A stretch of DNA of 64,000 nucleotides from Eledone cirrhosa (GCA_964016885.1 OZ024747.1:39122001-39186000), one strand, 5' to 3'; counted from the first letter of the stretch, positions 39,000 to 54,711 are shown. Numbers and translations are program-made. The notes: generated by a model not told the origin, from the letters alone.

Positions 39000-40260
39000 A
39001 CCTCACCACCAGCAACAGCAGACTACCAACGTTCTTCCACCTCATTAAACCCCACAAAACCAGTGTTAATTTACAGATTAAACTAAGTAATTAGCGACTA
39101 CGTTGTCTCCTTCTGCACGGAAGTACCGGCTCATCCATCGATCAACCTAGTGACTGAGTGCATCATTTCATACAAAATATACTGCTTCGGCCTTACTCCA
39201 CAAGATATAGATCAGCTTCTATCTGTCATCGTAGAAAATGAATATTTCACTTCCTACCACCACACATACACACACACAACAGGCCTACCCTTGGGGTCCA
39301 GTCTTTCAAGCCTTCTAGCCATCACCTATATGAACCAACTGGAATGTCGAGCGTTCAACACCTGTCGTCCTGTGTTGTCTTCACCCGATACATAGATGAT
39401 ATACTCATCCTCATATCATCCTGTGATGAGGCTGACAAAATATCTACGGCATTTTGAAACACAGATAACATCATACGATTTACCACAGAGTACCCCAATA
39501 AAATGGTTTCTTGTCTCTGCTGGACTTCCAACTTACAGTACAGATGATGGTACTATGTACACCAACTTCTATAAGAAATCTTCCAGTAGAGACCTATTTG
39601 TGCCTTATAGATAAGCCTTTCCTCTTGGTGCTAAAACCGGCTACATAAGAAATGAACTTACGCGTGTGCGGAATAAATGTAGCAATACATAGGAACAGAT
39701 CACCCACACTGCCCTCTTCATAGATTTACTGAGTACGAACTGGTACCCAACATCCACAATGAATGGACTTAAGAATCGAAGGCGCCGCAGACATAAGACT
39801 AACACCTGCTTCATGAAATTACCACATTTCAGCGAAAGCAAAACCACAGCTATCCACAGAGCTGGACATAGAGTTGGCACACTCCGGCCCTTCACTGCGT
39901 GGATACCGGTCTAAAAAGCAATCCAGAAACAGCAGCAATCAATACTCGCTGGCTAACTGCCCTACCTGCGATACAGTTATGTGCCAACGGACACATGTTG
40001 TATACCAGATTGAATTCAAAACATGTAAGGAGACTACATTGGCAGCACGATTCGAGCACTCCATACTCTTAATAAAGAACACCTCAAAGCACGTGCATCC
40101 TCATTCAAAAAACACATCGACAAATGTAGAAACATCAACCAACATAATATCGTTACCAGTAAAGCCAGTGATAGAAATGTAGGCAACTTAACAATTAGGA
40201 AGCCTTGCTCATACGACGACTCAACAGGAAAATAAATAATATATTAGAACTCAGCACACA
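39000..40260 (+). pseudogene. Decayed Penelope-like RT/GIY-YIG of a different subtype (GLP.GS.LS motif)
   Basis: TTGLPLGSSLSSLLAITYM, YTNFYKK, CPTCDTVMCQRTHVVYQIEFKTCKE. Many frameshifts. Confidence 0.75.
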
Positions 40261-40472
40261 GTACTTAAAAGACACACCCACAGGCACACACACTAAACAT
40301 CTCATACAAAAAAAGAAATTGATTTCACGAAATACTGTATTGGCAATTGACGTCAATCACGTGAAAAGCGAATTAACCAGCAAAAAATGCTTGAAAACGA
40401 CTTAGGAAAAAATTTAAATCAAAATTAAAACATCAGAGAGGAAATTGGAACATTATCCACTGAAAGTTCCTT

Positions 40473-40515
40473 AAACCCTGATGAAGGGAATTTTATGTCC
40501 CGAAATATTAGACAG
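40473..40515 (+). ncRNA. Minimal hammerhead remnant 3' of the decayed Penelope ORF
   Basis: CUGAUGA-a-GGGA auuuuaug UCCC-GAAAUAUUA. Stem I is lost. Confidence 0.5.
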
Positions 40516-40634
40516 ATAAAAGAACAACAAAGACAACAACAAAGCAAAACAAATATTACCAGGTAACATTTACTTTTCGTTACCACATCTTACAGTCCAT
40601 TTTGCATTGTTCAACCCTCTATCTCTTTCAACGT

Positions 40635-40978
<344 letters not shown>

Positions 40979-41232
40979 GTATATACACACACATACATTT
41001 ATATATATATATACATACACACACAGACATGTATGAGTCTTCCAATTTCATTTCACTTTATATACATGTAAGTGTATATTTTCATTATTTAAAATTATCT
41101 TTAAGTGAACGTGACCCTGACCCAATGGGTTACGGGTGGTGTAGTATATTCTAAAAGTTACATATCAGAGGTACTGAGATTCAGAATTGGTGGTCTACTC
41201 TCGACTGGAGGAGGCTTAAGTTGAAAATCCGA

Positions 41233-41290
<58 letters not shown>

Positions 41291-42249
41291 GTGTGTCTGT
41301 GTGTCTGTGTGTCTGTGTGAGAGTGAGTGTTTGTGTGTTTGTTTCTGTGACTGTGTATGTGTCTTTGACTGTGTGTGTTTGTGTATATATGTGTGTGGCT
41401 ATGTCTATGTATGTGCATATGTAAATATATATAGAAAGAAAAAAGTATTCATAAATGTATACAAATATACATATTAATATATATTACCTACTTTTCTTAT
41501 CATTTATCCACTTTGTAATCTGCATGGTATCTTTATTATGGTTGTCATTCACCTAATTGTGTTGCCGGCTGAGTTTTGTTATACTTTCCATTATCAAATA
41601 TCAATTATAGCATACCATATTTATATACTATATGTAAATAAATGCTGTTCGTCACGGCATTTAAAATAAAGTAATGAACTGGCTATATGTACAAGAATTA
41701 GCATCAACCATAGAGTGTATTTTTAATGATAATGGCTTAAATTGGTTTCCTGGTGAGATCTGTAATGGAGTTTAAACTTTAGAAACTCTGGTAAGAATTT
41801 TAAACAATTCTCAGAAGCATTCCGTTTGGTTATTGCTTTTCTCTTTTTAAATTAACATTATTGAGTAAAATTCTACAATCTCTGTTATTGAGTAAAACTT
41901 TGGAGATCAATTAATTATCCAATGTGGTTTCTAAAATATTGAATGCCGCCAGGGAGCTAATGAAAGTGACTAAGAAATAAAAAAAAACAGAAACAGTATT
42001 AGCAAAAATTAATTACTAATAAACGGAGGTGTATGGTCGATGGATTTTTGTTCCACATATAGGAATATATGTTCAAAGACATACCAGGAGCATAGAATAT
42101 AGTATTTGAAAAGAGAAATAGGATATATGAGAGGTGGAACTTGTTGCAGTAATGAATTTGCGTAAAATAATTGGCTGTATATTTAGTTTAAATATGCAGA
42201 TTATACAGAAAGAAACATTAAAACATTGACATGATATCCTCCAAAATCC

Positions 42250-42400
42250 AAAATCCAGGGTATTCTCACTCCACACACATTGGAGGACCTCTTTCTGGGT
42301 TGACCTCCACTGCGCCCTATCTCTGGCCATATTGAGCAATGTGGTGCAGGGAAATCGGTTCGGATGATCATAAACTAGATATAACAATTTCGACTTTCTA
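42250..42400 (-). mobile_element. RTE-like LINE 3' fragment
   Basis: LLNMARDRAQWRS resembles the RTE C-terminal A.DR..WR motif. A similar remnant (NLAEDR) lies at ~32490-32630, minus strand. Confidence 0.45.
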
Positions 42401-45400
42401 CCTTTGACGATCAAGTCATTTAGTATTTATTTGTTTGTCATTTGTTTAATTGTCCCGTCGGTGTCAATGAAAATAAGCAATTCTATCTTCATATAAGATT
42501 TATCGTTTACCAGTATTAGATAGTATTATTGTAGTTGTGCTCAAATATCACATACACTTAGCTTCCACTACAAATATTTTCTGGTAGAACTAACCGTTTA
42601 ATATATTATATGTCTGTGAAGTTGGATAAAATTATATTGGTTTAAAGTATGTTACACAATTTAACATGCGACATAGATTACGTTTAACAAACTATCCAGA
42701 ATGCTGTTTTATTTCCATTCATCTTGAACCAGGAAATGTGAAATAAACAACAGTTGAAGGAACAGCAGATCTAAATAGTAGATTGATTAAATTGGATTAT
42801 CTCTCAAGCGATCAGAATGCTCCACCTGAATGACGCAGCTGGTTTACTATCACTTTTTATTCTATTGCGTATTACTGAATTAACAAGAATGGCAAAGAAC
42901 TGAGAGGATGTGCTGGTATTACACATATTTAAACAATTAGGTTCTAGTTTACAATCATGATCACTTTCCAAAATTCTTTTTTTTTTAAACTAATATTACG
43001 CTAACTGTTTCTATGTCATTCCAGCAGTATCGTTTTACCTAGATAATAAAGTGGCTATAATATAACAGGTAAATTAATCAGTATCGAAATGACACGTTTT
43101 GCAGTTCTCTTTGTTATTGTGCTTATTAGTAAACATGTAATTGCCACAAATAAAATTACTTTGCTGAATACATTTAGTGCCCATTTTACAATTACGTTTA
43201 CTTTTAGTATGCATCCTCCTGTATACTTCACCTTCCATTGCTTAATTAGGTATTTCATAAAAAGGAGTCTCATAATTGACATCCTTTCATTCATATTTGG
43301 AAGGTGATGCGCGCGAACCGCATGAGCTAATTAGATATACTGAAAGCAAATTATAAATGTACAAATCGCAACCCATGTATATTTCAAACCTTGCTGCTCT
43401 ACTAATCCTAATATATATACTCTACATATATTTTTTTTCTGTTGGGTTTTATATGTGCTGGTAATACGCTGGCAGTTCAATTTGATCGGGTGCATTTAAA
43501 TTATATGTAGTGCGGATAAATTACATAGATCATTTATTTAATCGCGAAACCCGTTAATGCATATATAGATTGGTAATAATATAGTCTAATTCCTTTTCAA
43601 CCTTGTATTACAGTCGAACTTGTGTAATTGAACTGCAGACTAAATAATTGTTGGATTTTTATGTTTACATGTTCAGTTACTTAGAATGCCAAATTCGTCC
43701 GTCATCTTTCTGGGATTGAAGAAACAAGTACACGAAAAATATTGATCTTCATTAATTCAGCTATAAAAGTTTCTTTAAATTTCTTTTACGTTTTTATTCA
43801 GCTTTAATAAAATCTCTTTACTAAAATTGCGTTCGGCTATTACTGCAATAAGGCGTTTTCCGTACTCAATTTATTCAAAGTATTACCACAAAGCTGTAGT
43901 GTAGGCTCTGTACTAAAATCCAAATACACTCCAAATGAATATAATTTCCTAAAGAGCATTGTGAAAGTAACAATTAAAGTCTGTTCGTGTCTAATTTTAA
44001 TTAACAATCAATATCTGATGACGCGTCTCGCTGTTGGTTGTATCATTTTATTTTCGAATAACTTTAATTTAGATTCAATTGAATTGCAAGCAATGAAATA
44101 AAAATAGTATTTATTTAATGCTTCTATTATTTTTGTTATACTTTGACTTTTTGTATAGAGCATTACTCTGAAGCTGTCTGGGGAATGTGTGATATTCGTA
44201 TGTGACAAGGACGAAACAGACTCTTTTTATTCCATTTAACAATTACATGGTTTGTCCACATTATTTATCGTATTAACAAAAGGATAGTGACGATAACAAA
44301 AATGGTACTATGCTAACTTGCACTAGATTATTTTCCTTTAGGAACCATCTATGAGTATATGACTTCTTAAAGAGAAGGAAAATATAAACAATGGTATTAT
44401 CCTAACGTACAATCGATTATTTTCCCTTCGAAAACATTTATGAGTACATGACATCTTATGTTTGTAATGAAAAGGAAAATATAAACTAAATATTATTTAA
44501 ATGTAACAAAAACAAGAAACACGTAATGTCGAAAACTAGCATTGCGTACATTATGTAATTTGCAAAATATTTATTTTTCGCCAGGGAAATCTTCAATCTT
44601 TATATAAATAAACCTTTGCTTGGAATATAGGGTGACATTGTTAAAACGATGGTGTATGTGAGAAACTTCAACGTAACGTATTTTCTAAGGCATTGATTTT
44701 CAAATGAAGTAGTCAAATAATCTGTACTAAATGCATTCAAGTACACAACAGATGTTTCTTTCAAATTATACGTTTGATAGAAGCAGTATTTTTCTTAAGC
44801 GTATCTTACCAACGAGTAATTATGAACAACTCTAGCGGAAATAAAAAAACAATTTACCTAGTTGTTACGAAATTAGTGGGAATGGAAACAATCAGCTAAT
44901 TATTTGAGATGAGAACGAAAGTATTAATCCCCTTCCATATTTTACATACATCTTTAATCCCTAACATATCTACTTAAAATATCTATTGCGTATAACAAAT
45001 AAAATTTCTTAACTAATCTCATTTGAGTTGTTCAGTGCTCTTTTCAAATGTGCAGCTAATCGTACAAACTGGTGACATTAAGAAATAATCATAAATAATC
45101 CAAATACCTCTTAAGCATTTAAAAATGTAAAACATGTTAGAGGGACATAAAAATACAAAGACAGAAGATTGTGTATATTTAAAATGTTGCATTAAAAATA
45201 ACGATTTTGTACATGGAAATATTCTAACTGAATAGGCATATGAATATTTATCTCCTTCGTCAATACAAAATGTCCTAGATCTTAACACGCGTTTGCAAAT
45301 ATTAAGAAAATATTAGGTAAATCGCAATATTCTATAATAGTACAATAGTTACTTTAATCGGTGCATGACGAAACAAACATAAATATATATACACATGTAT

Positions 45401-45876
45401 ATTTATGCGTATACGATGCGTGTGTGTCTGTGTATATGTACACGAATGCTCCTCGCGATATCGTTATTTTTTGTTGTGGCAGCGGTTCGTGTCCACCCCT
45501 TTTGATAGTCTTTTGTTGTATTTGGTCCTAGATGTGTGTATTACTTACTTGTGTGTTTTTCTTTCTTTTCGTTTTTTTTTAACCTTTTCCTTTTCTTTTT
45601 TTATTTGTAATATTATTTGTACAATTGTGTACAATTGTTTACAGAGACATTCTCAAAATTTAGAATAACCAAAGTGAAATGAATATGAATATATATAGAT
45701 TGTTATTGAAATGAATCTAATTGAAAAGAAAACTTTTATTTGAACGCGTTAGAGTTATAGGAGCACACCGTCAAAGTACTAACATAATGCAACGTATAGA
45801 AAAACATTCAATAAATTCATACGTAACAGTTTAATAAACTTTGGCAGAATTTATAGTTCAAAAATGATAAAACAAT

Positions 45877-46066
45877 AATTATTTCTACTTTTGGAATAAG
45901 GCCAGCAATTATCCCAGTGTATTACTGGTACTTCATTTTATCGACCCCGTAAGAATGAAAGACAAAGTTAACCTCGGCGGGATTTGAACTCAGACCATAA
46001 AGGGCCGTATCTCTTTGCTGCAAAGCATGGCGTCAAACCCTCTACGGATACTACCAATCCACTGGC
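45877..46066 (-). mobile_element. tRNA-derived SINE
   Basis: Full-length reverse-complement copy of the family. Confidence 0.85.
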
Positions 46067-46357
46067 AATAAATTAGGAACATCATTTCAAATGTCGCCGG
46101 AAAATCAAGAAAAGAAAACAAAACAACAACAACAAACAGGTATGTTATCACATTAATTGCGCACGTGTTTTACTTTGTGGAATAACATAAAACAGGAAAG
46201 TATAGTAGCGGAATGACAACAGTGAAGATAATAAATGAATTAAATATAACTGTGAATGTTGTTTTCAGATAACAAACCAATATTGCAAAAATATCTATCT
46301 GAATAGATATTGAAACAAGGTGCAGTATATTAGTTGGATAATATATAACTAATTGTA

Positions 46358-46547
46358 TAATTGTTTCTACTTTAGGCACAAGGCCAGCAATTACCCAGTG
46401 CATTACTGGTACTTTATTTTATCGACCCCGTAAGGATGAAAGGCAAAGTCAACCTCGGCGGGATTTGAACTCAGATCGTAAAGGGACGTAACTATGCTGG
46501 AAAGCATGGCGTCCGACCCTCTACCGATACTGCCAATCCACCGCCCT
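46358..46547 (-). mobile_element. tRNA-derived SINE
   Basis: Full-length reverse-complement copy. TATATAACTAATTGTATAAT occurs on both sides (~46342 and ~46550), consistent with a target-site duplication. Confidence 0.88.
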
Positions 46548-46748
46548 TATATATAACTAATTGTATAATACCTATAAACCTTCTTAGTAGCATGCTGTAG
46601 AACGTTAATATACCAAATACGTATGGAAGTGAGAGAGAATTTATGTGGCTACATATTTCAAACTCAGAACCCAAATACACCATATCTATACATATAAGGG
46701 ATAGCGGATTTTATTTTCCTCAAATCACAAATTACTGTATTAAAATAA

Positions 46749-46806
<58 letters not shown>

Positions 46807-47237
46807 ATATCATATTCGTAGGTAGTTACGTAATCAGGGAAAGAGTAGATAATTCTTGATTGATTCAAATTTACCTCGCAAAAAAGAAAAAAATAACACC
46901 ATAAAATTACATTTTATCGTCAAACGAAGGACATTGATATTTGAAAGATTTCATTCTGTTAACTCATTTACTATGTTTTCATTAGATTACGGTTACCATA
47001 GGGCACTCCTACACAGTTTAGTTGCCGACCTCAGTAGATGTGTCAAAGAAATAAAGTTTTTATAGATCTATTTATAGGTTTCTTGGTCCGATCTGAAGGT
47101 TACCTATCTTATGTATGGGAAATGACATGTCAGAAATATGACTGACCAGTTAGAGATGCTGTTGAATATTCATATTAGGTACTGATTCTCTGTGTGCATT
47201 TTGTACTGACATTATACACACACATACACGCATATAC

Positions 47238-47283
<46 letters not shown>

Positions 47284-49995
47284 ATGTGTCTGTGTGTGTA
47301 GGTGTGTGTGTGTGCGTGTGTGTGTGTGTGTGTGTGTGAGAGCGAGAGAGTTTGTAGTTATATGTACATGCGTGATTTAAGGACAATGCGTATATTTATC
47401 TTGCCATGCTCACTCATTTGCGTGTATAAGCTTTATATAAAATTATAAATATGTTTATTATAAATAACGGTTTATTTTTTTTCTATTATTATTAAACCGG
47501 AATTCTTTTGAACTTTATATGATCAAAGAGTGCTACAAAAAAGCAAAATGAATAGAATTTTTGAATTTGAAAATATGTAGCAAATATAAATATTCAGAAT
47601 TATGATTTTATCAAATCATACTATACTCTTAAATATCATTTCATTTTCGCAAACATGATAAAATGAATCGCTACATTTAAATGGTAAATAAACGTAAAAT
47701 ATTTCGGGTGATGTTGAAAATATATTTAAATATTTAATTTGAATACTACATCCGAGTTATGGGTATATTTAATTTCCTGGTTCTATAGAAGAATAGCAAA
47801 CATTTATTTCAAAAATATCTCTTTATATCACTAAGTTTTACTTTTGAGATAGTGGAACAACAGCGGTTTATTGATAAATGATACTATATTCCTGTTATTT
47901 GTAAACGAGATAAAGTCAATAATAATTTTCAGCATAGATTAAACAAACTTTAGAAACATATATTTATCTTTGATATCAGGAACTAATAGGCGTGTGGTGG
48001 ACTAATAATGCCATATGCCAGTGTTATTTGATATATATTACAATGCTTTCAATATGTCAAATATATAATATTGATAGAGGGAACCAAAGCGTTTCGTGTT
48101 CATTATTTCGAAGAACATTAAACAATTAATCGAATCAATACGTAACAAAACTCAGTCTTTTTTATTTACAATATTCGCAGATATAATATTTAAAGAAAAC
48201 CATGTAAATCATACAATAATATCGATGTAGTACGAAGTAGACAAACGTAAATATAGGCATGTACACGCATATACGTGTGTGAGTGCATGTGTGTTTGTAT
48301 ATCTGCATAAATATATATGAATCAGGATAGATCTAGTTTGAAACTGATGAGACCAAGACTCAACAGAGTACTTAGGGTAGTAGAGTAAGGCTATATTGAA
48401 AAGAGTTGAGTCCATACCGCTTATGATATATATAAGGAAATAATTTTAAAATGGGTTTGAAAAGCTCACCTGGTATAAAGAATCTTTATAACGTGTACAA
48501 ACATTGATGTTAAAAATTGATGTTTAGCAAAGCTTGATTTCTCCGTATTAGTTATTAGGTTAAATTGTTTTTCTCGTTTAAACTCATGCATGCTGATTCT
48601 TGACCACATTTGTTTGGGTCGCTTCTGTCCTTGCTAAATTAAGTGATACAACTGATGTTTACGTTGTCGCTTGTGAATACAAAAATTATAATCTGTGACA
48701 AGAAGCATAACACTACCTTCCTTTAGCGTTTACAAATTATGTTGCAAGTGAATCTAATCGTGGTTTGAAATTTCATAAATATTTATCTTTATTAATTCGA
48801 TCTTGTCATGTGATGTCATAACTACATTGATGCAATAGGAAAACATCGAATTGTGGCATCGTTTTGCCTCCGAATTGCTCTATATATTTACTTAGAGGGA
48901 CCTTTATAGTATTCGGTGATCTGACTGGAAGCGACATCACGTTGTAGTGAACCAAACACCACAGACACAAAAAGACTGCGCCTTTAAATATTCATATCTA
49001 ATTTAGTCACAAAGCCAGAAAATGTGGGAGACGTTCAAGTTTTGTCAAATGAATCCTAATACATGACTGGTATTCTATTCAACCCCATATCAATGAATTG
49101 CAATATTGACCTTTCCGGGGTCAGAATGTACTCAGAATGTATTGAGTCAGGACAAATGGCATTTTATCCGTTGCTCTCCCATTTAATTAAATATTGAAAT
49201 CATTTTCATCAATATTTATGGAAAATTGGGCACATACTCACGCCCAGGTTTCGTCATTCCACTGAAGTCTATTTAAGTTTCTTATTTCTCTTTTCAAAAT
49301 TTAACCCAAACGTTGAGCAACGTGACTGTGATGTTTGCCAACAAATACTAATATTAGCTATTCACATCGACGAAGTTATGCCAAACTTAGGCTTGGCAAC
49401 ATTACATATACGAAATGGCATGGTCTAAATAAGGCTTGAGTCATGTAACTAACATCTAAACCTTTTTTCATCTAGAATTAAATTTCACAACTATTTATGT
49501 GAACACACAGAACACTTTGATAAGAACAGCCATTCAGATATAATTCGAAATGACCTCAAGCTTGAATACTCTATCAATATCGATTATTATCTAGAAATTC
49601 GCTGCTACAACATAATTATAAACAGGTGTAGCAATAGGAGTGTCATAGTCTTAACTCTATTATCATTAATATACGTTCCATCATATATATACAACATATA
49701 TAACTTGACATTTCTATGATAATATGTATTATGTATTTAGTTGAATTCTAGGTAACAATTAATCTTGGAGTAAATGTACACGTAGATATTACGTACTTGT
49801 ACATTGTCTTTCCTTAAATCTCTCTAAACGTCAACTGAATTCTTATTAAAGTTATTTTATCGCACCTTTGTATTAGATTTCTTGACATCCATTGGCTCTG
49901 TATTGCAATGAATATAACGGAAAGTTTATTTAGATAAATTATATTTGTTTCTTTGAATCACGACGCCTACGGATTTTATTGATCCACCTACCTCT

Positions 49996-50193
49996 AGGGT
50001 GGTGGATTTGCAGTAAAATGGCATAGATTTACGACCTCCTACGATATGAGTTCAAATCCCCTGTGGTAAGCTTTGTTTTTCCTCGTTACTGGACCGATAA
50101 AATAAAGTATCAGTAACGCACTGGGGTCGATTTAATCGAATTTCCTCTTCGGAAAAAATTGTTGTCGTTGTGCTCAACTCAGAAACCATTATT
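49996..50193 (+). mobile_element. tRNA-derived SINE, diverged (partial copies also ~50455-50562 +, ~53052-53142 +, ~60886-60982 -)
   Basis: GAGTTCAAATCCC and CGATAAAATAAAGTA.CAGT body. Confidence 0.75.
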
Positions 50194-51568
50194 AATAGCA
50201 TTTGTCGATTGTCTTCTATTGTGATAAACTTAAATTAACTTATTTTAATAAGATTGTTCGAAATAGTTCTCCTTCAATTACCAGATGCGTTTAATATATA
50301 TATATATATTTTTTTTAATAGTATAAATTGTCGCTTTTCAAAGAAGCCCAATCACGCTTTCCTATTGTACATGCACGATTGCATCTGTAACATGCTACAT
50401 TATTAGTCATACGATGATTACACATAGTGTGAACACAGCCCATTAGTACAGGTGAAAGGCCGAGGTTGACGTTGCCTTTCATCCTTACGGGGTCGATAAA
50501 ATAAAGTACCAGTAATGTACTGGATTAATTGCTGGCTTTCTGCCAAAAGTAGAAACAATTATTACTTTACCTTAGTTATTAGAATGTGAAATAGTAAATA
50601 TTTTCATTTTATATGAAATGCTCCTATCCGGAAAATCTAATGCATATGATGTCTTGACAATTTAAAAATTAGTGATACTTATTAATTCTTAATTAGCTTT
50701 AGAAAAGAGAATACACTTTTCATATGTAATATATGCTAACGTTTTCCTGATTAGTTGAACATTATCAAACAAAGGCTAAGTAAAAAAATAATCAAATATC
50801 TTCTCTTATAAATATGATTCCGATATATATTTTGTTTTCATTTTCGCGTAAAGAACCCTCAATAAATTTATGGAAAAGGAATGTATTGATGGGCACACAT
50901 ATTTAAACATGATTAGTTGTGTAACTGATTCACAGTCTATTTCGATCAACAGAACAATATTTTCATGACATTAGCCTGTTAGCTGCTAGATATTCCACAA
51001 ATAAGTGTATCCTTTACATAACCTGATATATAACATGGATAGACAGTTGTGTTACAAGTAGAATATATCCTAACACTTCCACAGTGTTTTCATCTACCCA
51101 GGTTCAATAAACATATTATGCTCAACTTCAAGCTAAAGTTAATTGAACTTTGGCAAGAGAGATCGAATCTAGAACTTCGTCAATTTCGAATTTGTTAAAC
51201 AGTCTGCAGTGACTTCTGCAGGGTGCTTCTCTATAGAATGAGATGCATAATTCTATATGGGTTTAATTCGGAAGGATATAAGGAGAGACATTTTGATCGA
51301 TATTTCAATGCTTATAGCTTTCTAAAAAGTAATTAGCGAACGATGTCAACGGAAATCGCTTTAATTATAGTTTTATCATAACGCGGAGTCTGAAATCGAA
51401 AAAAGTTCTCATTTATTTTCATTGCATTCTTTTGCAATGCATGATTTTATAATATTTACAGTGCATGATTTTATAATAGTGAAAATGACACTTTGAAATG
51501 ATCGGGGATGTTTGAGTCATTTAGACGCATTAGTAAAAGTGAACGTTTATAAAATAAATCGCTATATA

Positions 51569-52480
51569 CATCTATATATATGAAACTGAGGATGTCTGTG
51601 TGTGTATGAGTTTGAATCCCTAAAACTCGAGAACTACCCAACCGACTGTTTTCAGACTTTACACATGTAATACTTCTGTTTCAGGGAGTGTTTTGAGCGG
51701 AAAATATTTCAAATGTTCAATGGCCTAGGGACCGCATTAGGCGATTTAACGATCTCTCTCTATAATTCTTAGTCTTTCTCGTTTTAGATAGATACATACA
51801 TATAACGTCGCGCCCTTATAATATCTGTCTGTATGTCTGGCTGTCTGCATTACGTGACTTCCTTGAGGATGTCTGTCTGTGTGTGTGTGTCTGTGAGTTT
51901 GAATCCCTAAAAATCGAGAAGTACCCAACCGATTTTCTCAAACTTTACATGTGTATTACTTACGTTTCAGGGAGTGTTATGCACATAATAAAATTCAACA
52001 TTTTCATCTCCTAGGCCCGCATTAGTCAAAAAACTGCGTTTTTAAAAAACTTTTTAGGGTTTTTTCGAGGCGTTACGTCAGACCGATTTCCTTGAAATAG
52101 TAACTATGTATTAGCCAGTCTCTTCTTCATACCGTCAGAAAAGAAAATCCAACTTTGTCATGACCTAGGTCATTAGGTGAAAAACTTCATTTTTTCAGCT
52201 TTTTAGGGCTTTTTGGAGGCGTTACGTCTAGCCGATTTTCCCGAAATTTAAAAGCATATTATGCACATAAAAAAAAATTCATTTTCTTGATCCCCTAGGT
52301 GAAAACCTGCATTTTTCCTGCTTCATCGAGGAAAATCTTAAAGTTTATCCACCCATCAAAATATTCGGTTTATTTTCTTTACATATTGTCCAGGCATGCA
52401 GGATTTCCACGATTAGGTCTGCTGGCGGCCCGCGTTCCAAAATATCTTAACCCGTGCAACTGCTTGTTATTAACAAAACA
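51569..52480 (+). mobile_element. Helitron-like non-autonomous repeat with internal duplications
   Basis: Starts TCTATATATATGAAACTGAGGATGTCTG. The internal block recurs at ~51865, and the repeat is homologous to 12070-12410. Confidence 0.55.
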
Positions 52481-53910
52481 AAGCTATGAATGGCGTGATT
52501 TTATAGACGTTTGACATATATTTCAATAGGTGGGGGGGGTTATAGTTTCATTTTGATTCCTGTGTGTTCACATTCGACATTTAATTTTAATTGAGATAAT
52601 ATGAAACCAGTTGAATATGCCTCATTTTAACACATACATCTATTACATTTGATATCATAGATATGAAAGATAATTGGAATCCCCTGGAATAAGATCTGAG
52701 AATAGAGGTATTATCTAAATATTGTAATGCATTCCTTAAAATGTATCATCCACTCTCACAAGAATATCGTCTACTCGCTTTTATAATGGCAAAATTTCAT
52801 AAACCTATTATACAGGGATAATTTGTATCGAAGATTGAGATTAAGCACTTAAACCAAATAATCTGCCGCCCATCTTGTGACGTTTTAAATGGATGTACTG
52901 TTAATCTTCAATAAAGTCAAATATGTTTCAAGCGTACATAATATATTTATCAAATATCTTTTCAAGCAAGAAATAATTGATAGCAAATTTGCTTTCCCTT
53001 TCAAATATATATTTTTTTAATTTTCACCTAACCACACATTATTATTAGATACTTTGCCTTTCATCTTTACGGGGTCGATAAATTAAAGTACCAGTAATGC
53101 ATGGGTCATTGCTGGCCTTGTGCCTAAAGTAGAAACAATTATTAGATATTGCATCTCATATTTTCTGTCATTTCTGTCTTCAACACAAGAATGTAAAGTC
53201 ATGTATGTTATAATATCACATTTCTTGTTTTGGAATTACAGACGTTTGAAATAATTAACAAATCTATGCTAATATTACCAGAAATATAGACTTTGTATTA
53301 AGTAACAATCTGTTCCAAACTGCATTGCGGCGAATATGTAACCTTCTACATTAAATATAATATAATAACTATTGTAACATAATTATTTCTCTAAACCATT
53401 ATCTACAGAAATGAAATGAAATAACTACTAACGGGAATCGATTCTGTTATTGATCCAGTTTGAAGAGAGTCTAGTTCGCACCCAATGGATTTCACCTTCT
53501 CCATTTCTGTTGGTATAAAATATTTCTTAATTTGACCCAAAGCTACATATTGTTAGTCATATACATACTATCGCTCATTGATTTTCATTTTCATTGCTAT
53601 CTGATTTTAAATATAAGCAAAGTTTAGTTGAATGGTTTTTATTTCTAAAATAGTTCATGTTCTTTACGAATTTCAAATCCTATTCTAGTATACCGACTTT
53701 ACCTGTGGCTTTGCTCGATTAAAGTTTATATTATGCTAAACATCAACGTATTCAGTTATTTCAATGCTCCTACTTTAACTTTATAGTTTGGGTTTAAAAT
53801 GTCTGCGTTTACGTGAAAGTAATTCTATTTCATATTATTCTATTACAATTCTATGACGTATTCTAAGCGACAGGCTGATGCTATGCTGGGGCACCGCCAT
53901 TGAGAATGAT

Positions 53911-54025
53911 GCTTACAGTACCTAGGTTTCCCAAGCGGTCACCTATCTAAGTTCTATCTGAGATCGAATTTGCTTAACTTCGGTGATTGAACGAGAACCG
54001 CTGTTTTCAGCGTGATATGGCCGTA
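53911..54025 (-). pseudogene. 5S rRNA-derived sequence (pseudogene or SINE3 head)
   Basis: Minus strand TACGGCCATATCACGCTGAAAACAGCGGTTCTCGTTCAATCACCGAAGTTAAGCA...ACTTAGATAGGTGACCGCTTGGGAA...GGTACTGTAAGC matches eukaryotic 5S with several substitutions. No oligo-T terminator follows. Confidence 0.85.
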
Positions 54026-54711
54026 TTTAATCTATATTTTAATTATATTGACCAAATGGGAACTGAGAACAATATGTCACTTGAGTATTTCATTTATAGA
54101 TTCATTACTATAGTGTGATACGTAATCAGTTGAATGCGATCAATGGTTTCCTTTTATCTTTAAACTGATATAATTATTCTTGAAAAATTGGATATATAAA
54201 TCATTGAATACGTCGGGTTCAATAGTGATTGGTCTCTAAAGTAATTTTCAGCAACAAATAAAAATAAATTAGCTATAAATACGGGAGAACATAAATATGC
54301 ATAACACTTTTATTTGAAACAATTATTAAATGCATTGTATTTGGTTTCGTTCAGCATCCTTGGTATTCTGCTGTAAAGGATATGCTTTATAACTCGCACA
54401 TACACATACACACAATGTCTCCGAACATTCATGTATTTACATGTACGTATGCGTGTGCGCTTGTTATATACGTATTTATTTACGTTTATATAATTATTTA
54501 TTTATTTGTATACATGCATACACACAACACACACATATTTATATGTGGGTGGTTTTGTATACCTATGGAAAGTGGTTTGCGTATGCTTGTGTATGTACGT
54601 ATTTGTTTGCGTGAATGTATTTATTTATTTCTATTACTTCTGTATTGTATTTATTTACTTTGTACTTAACACTGTAGCGGAGATTCATTCGGTCTCCTAG
54701 TTAGAATTTTC

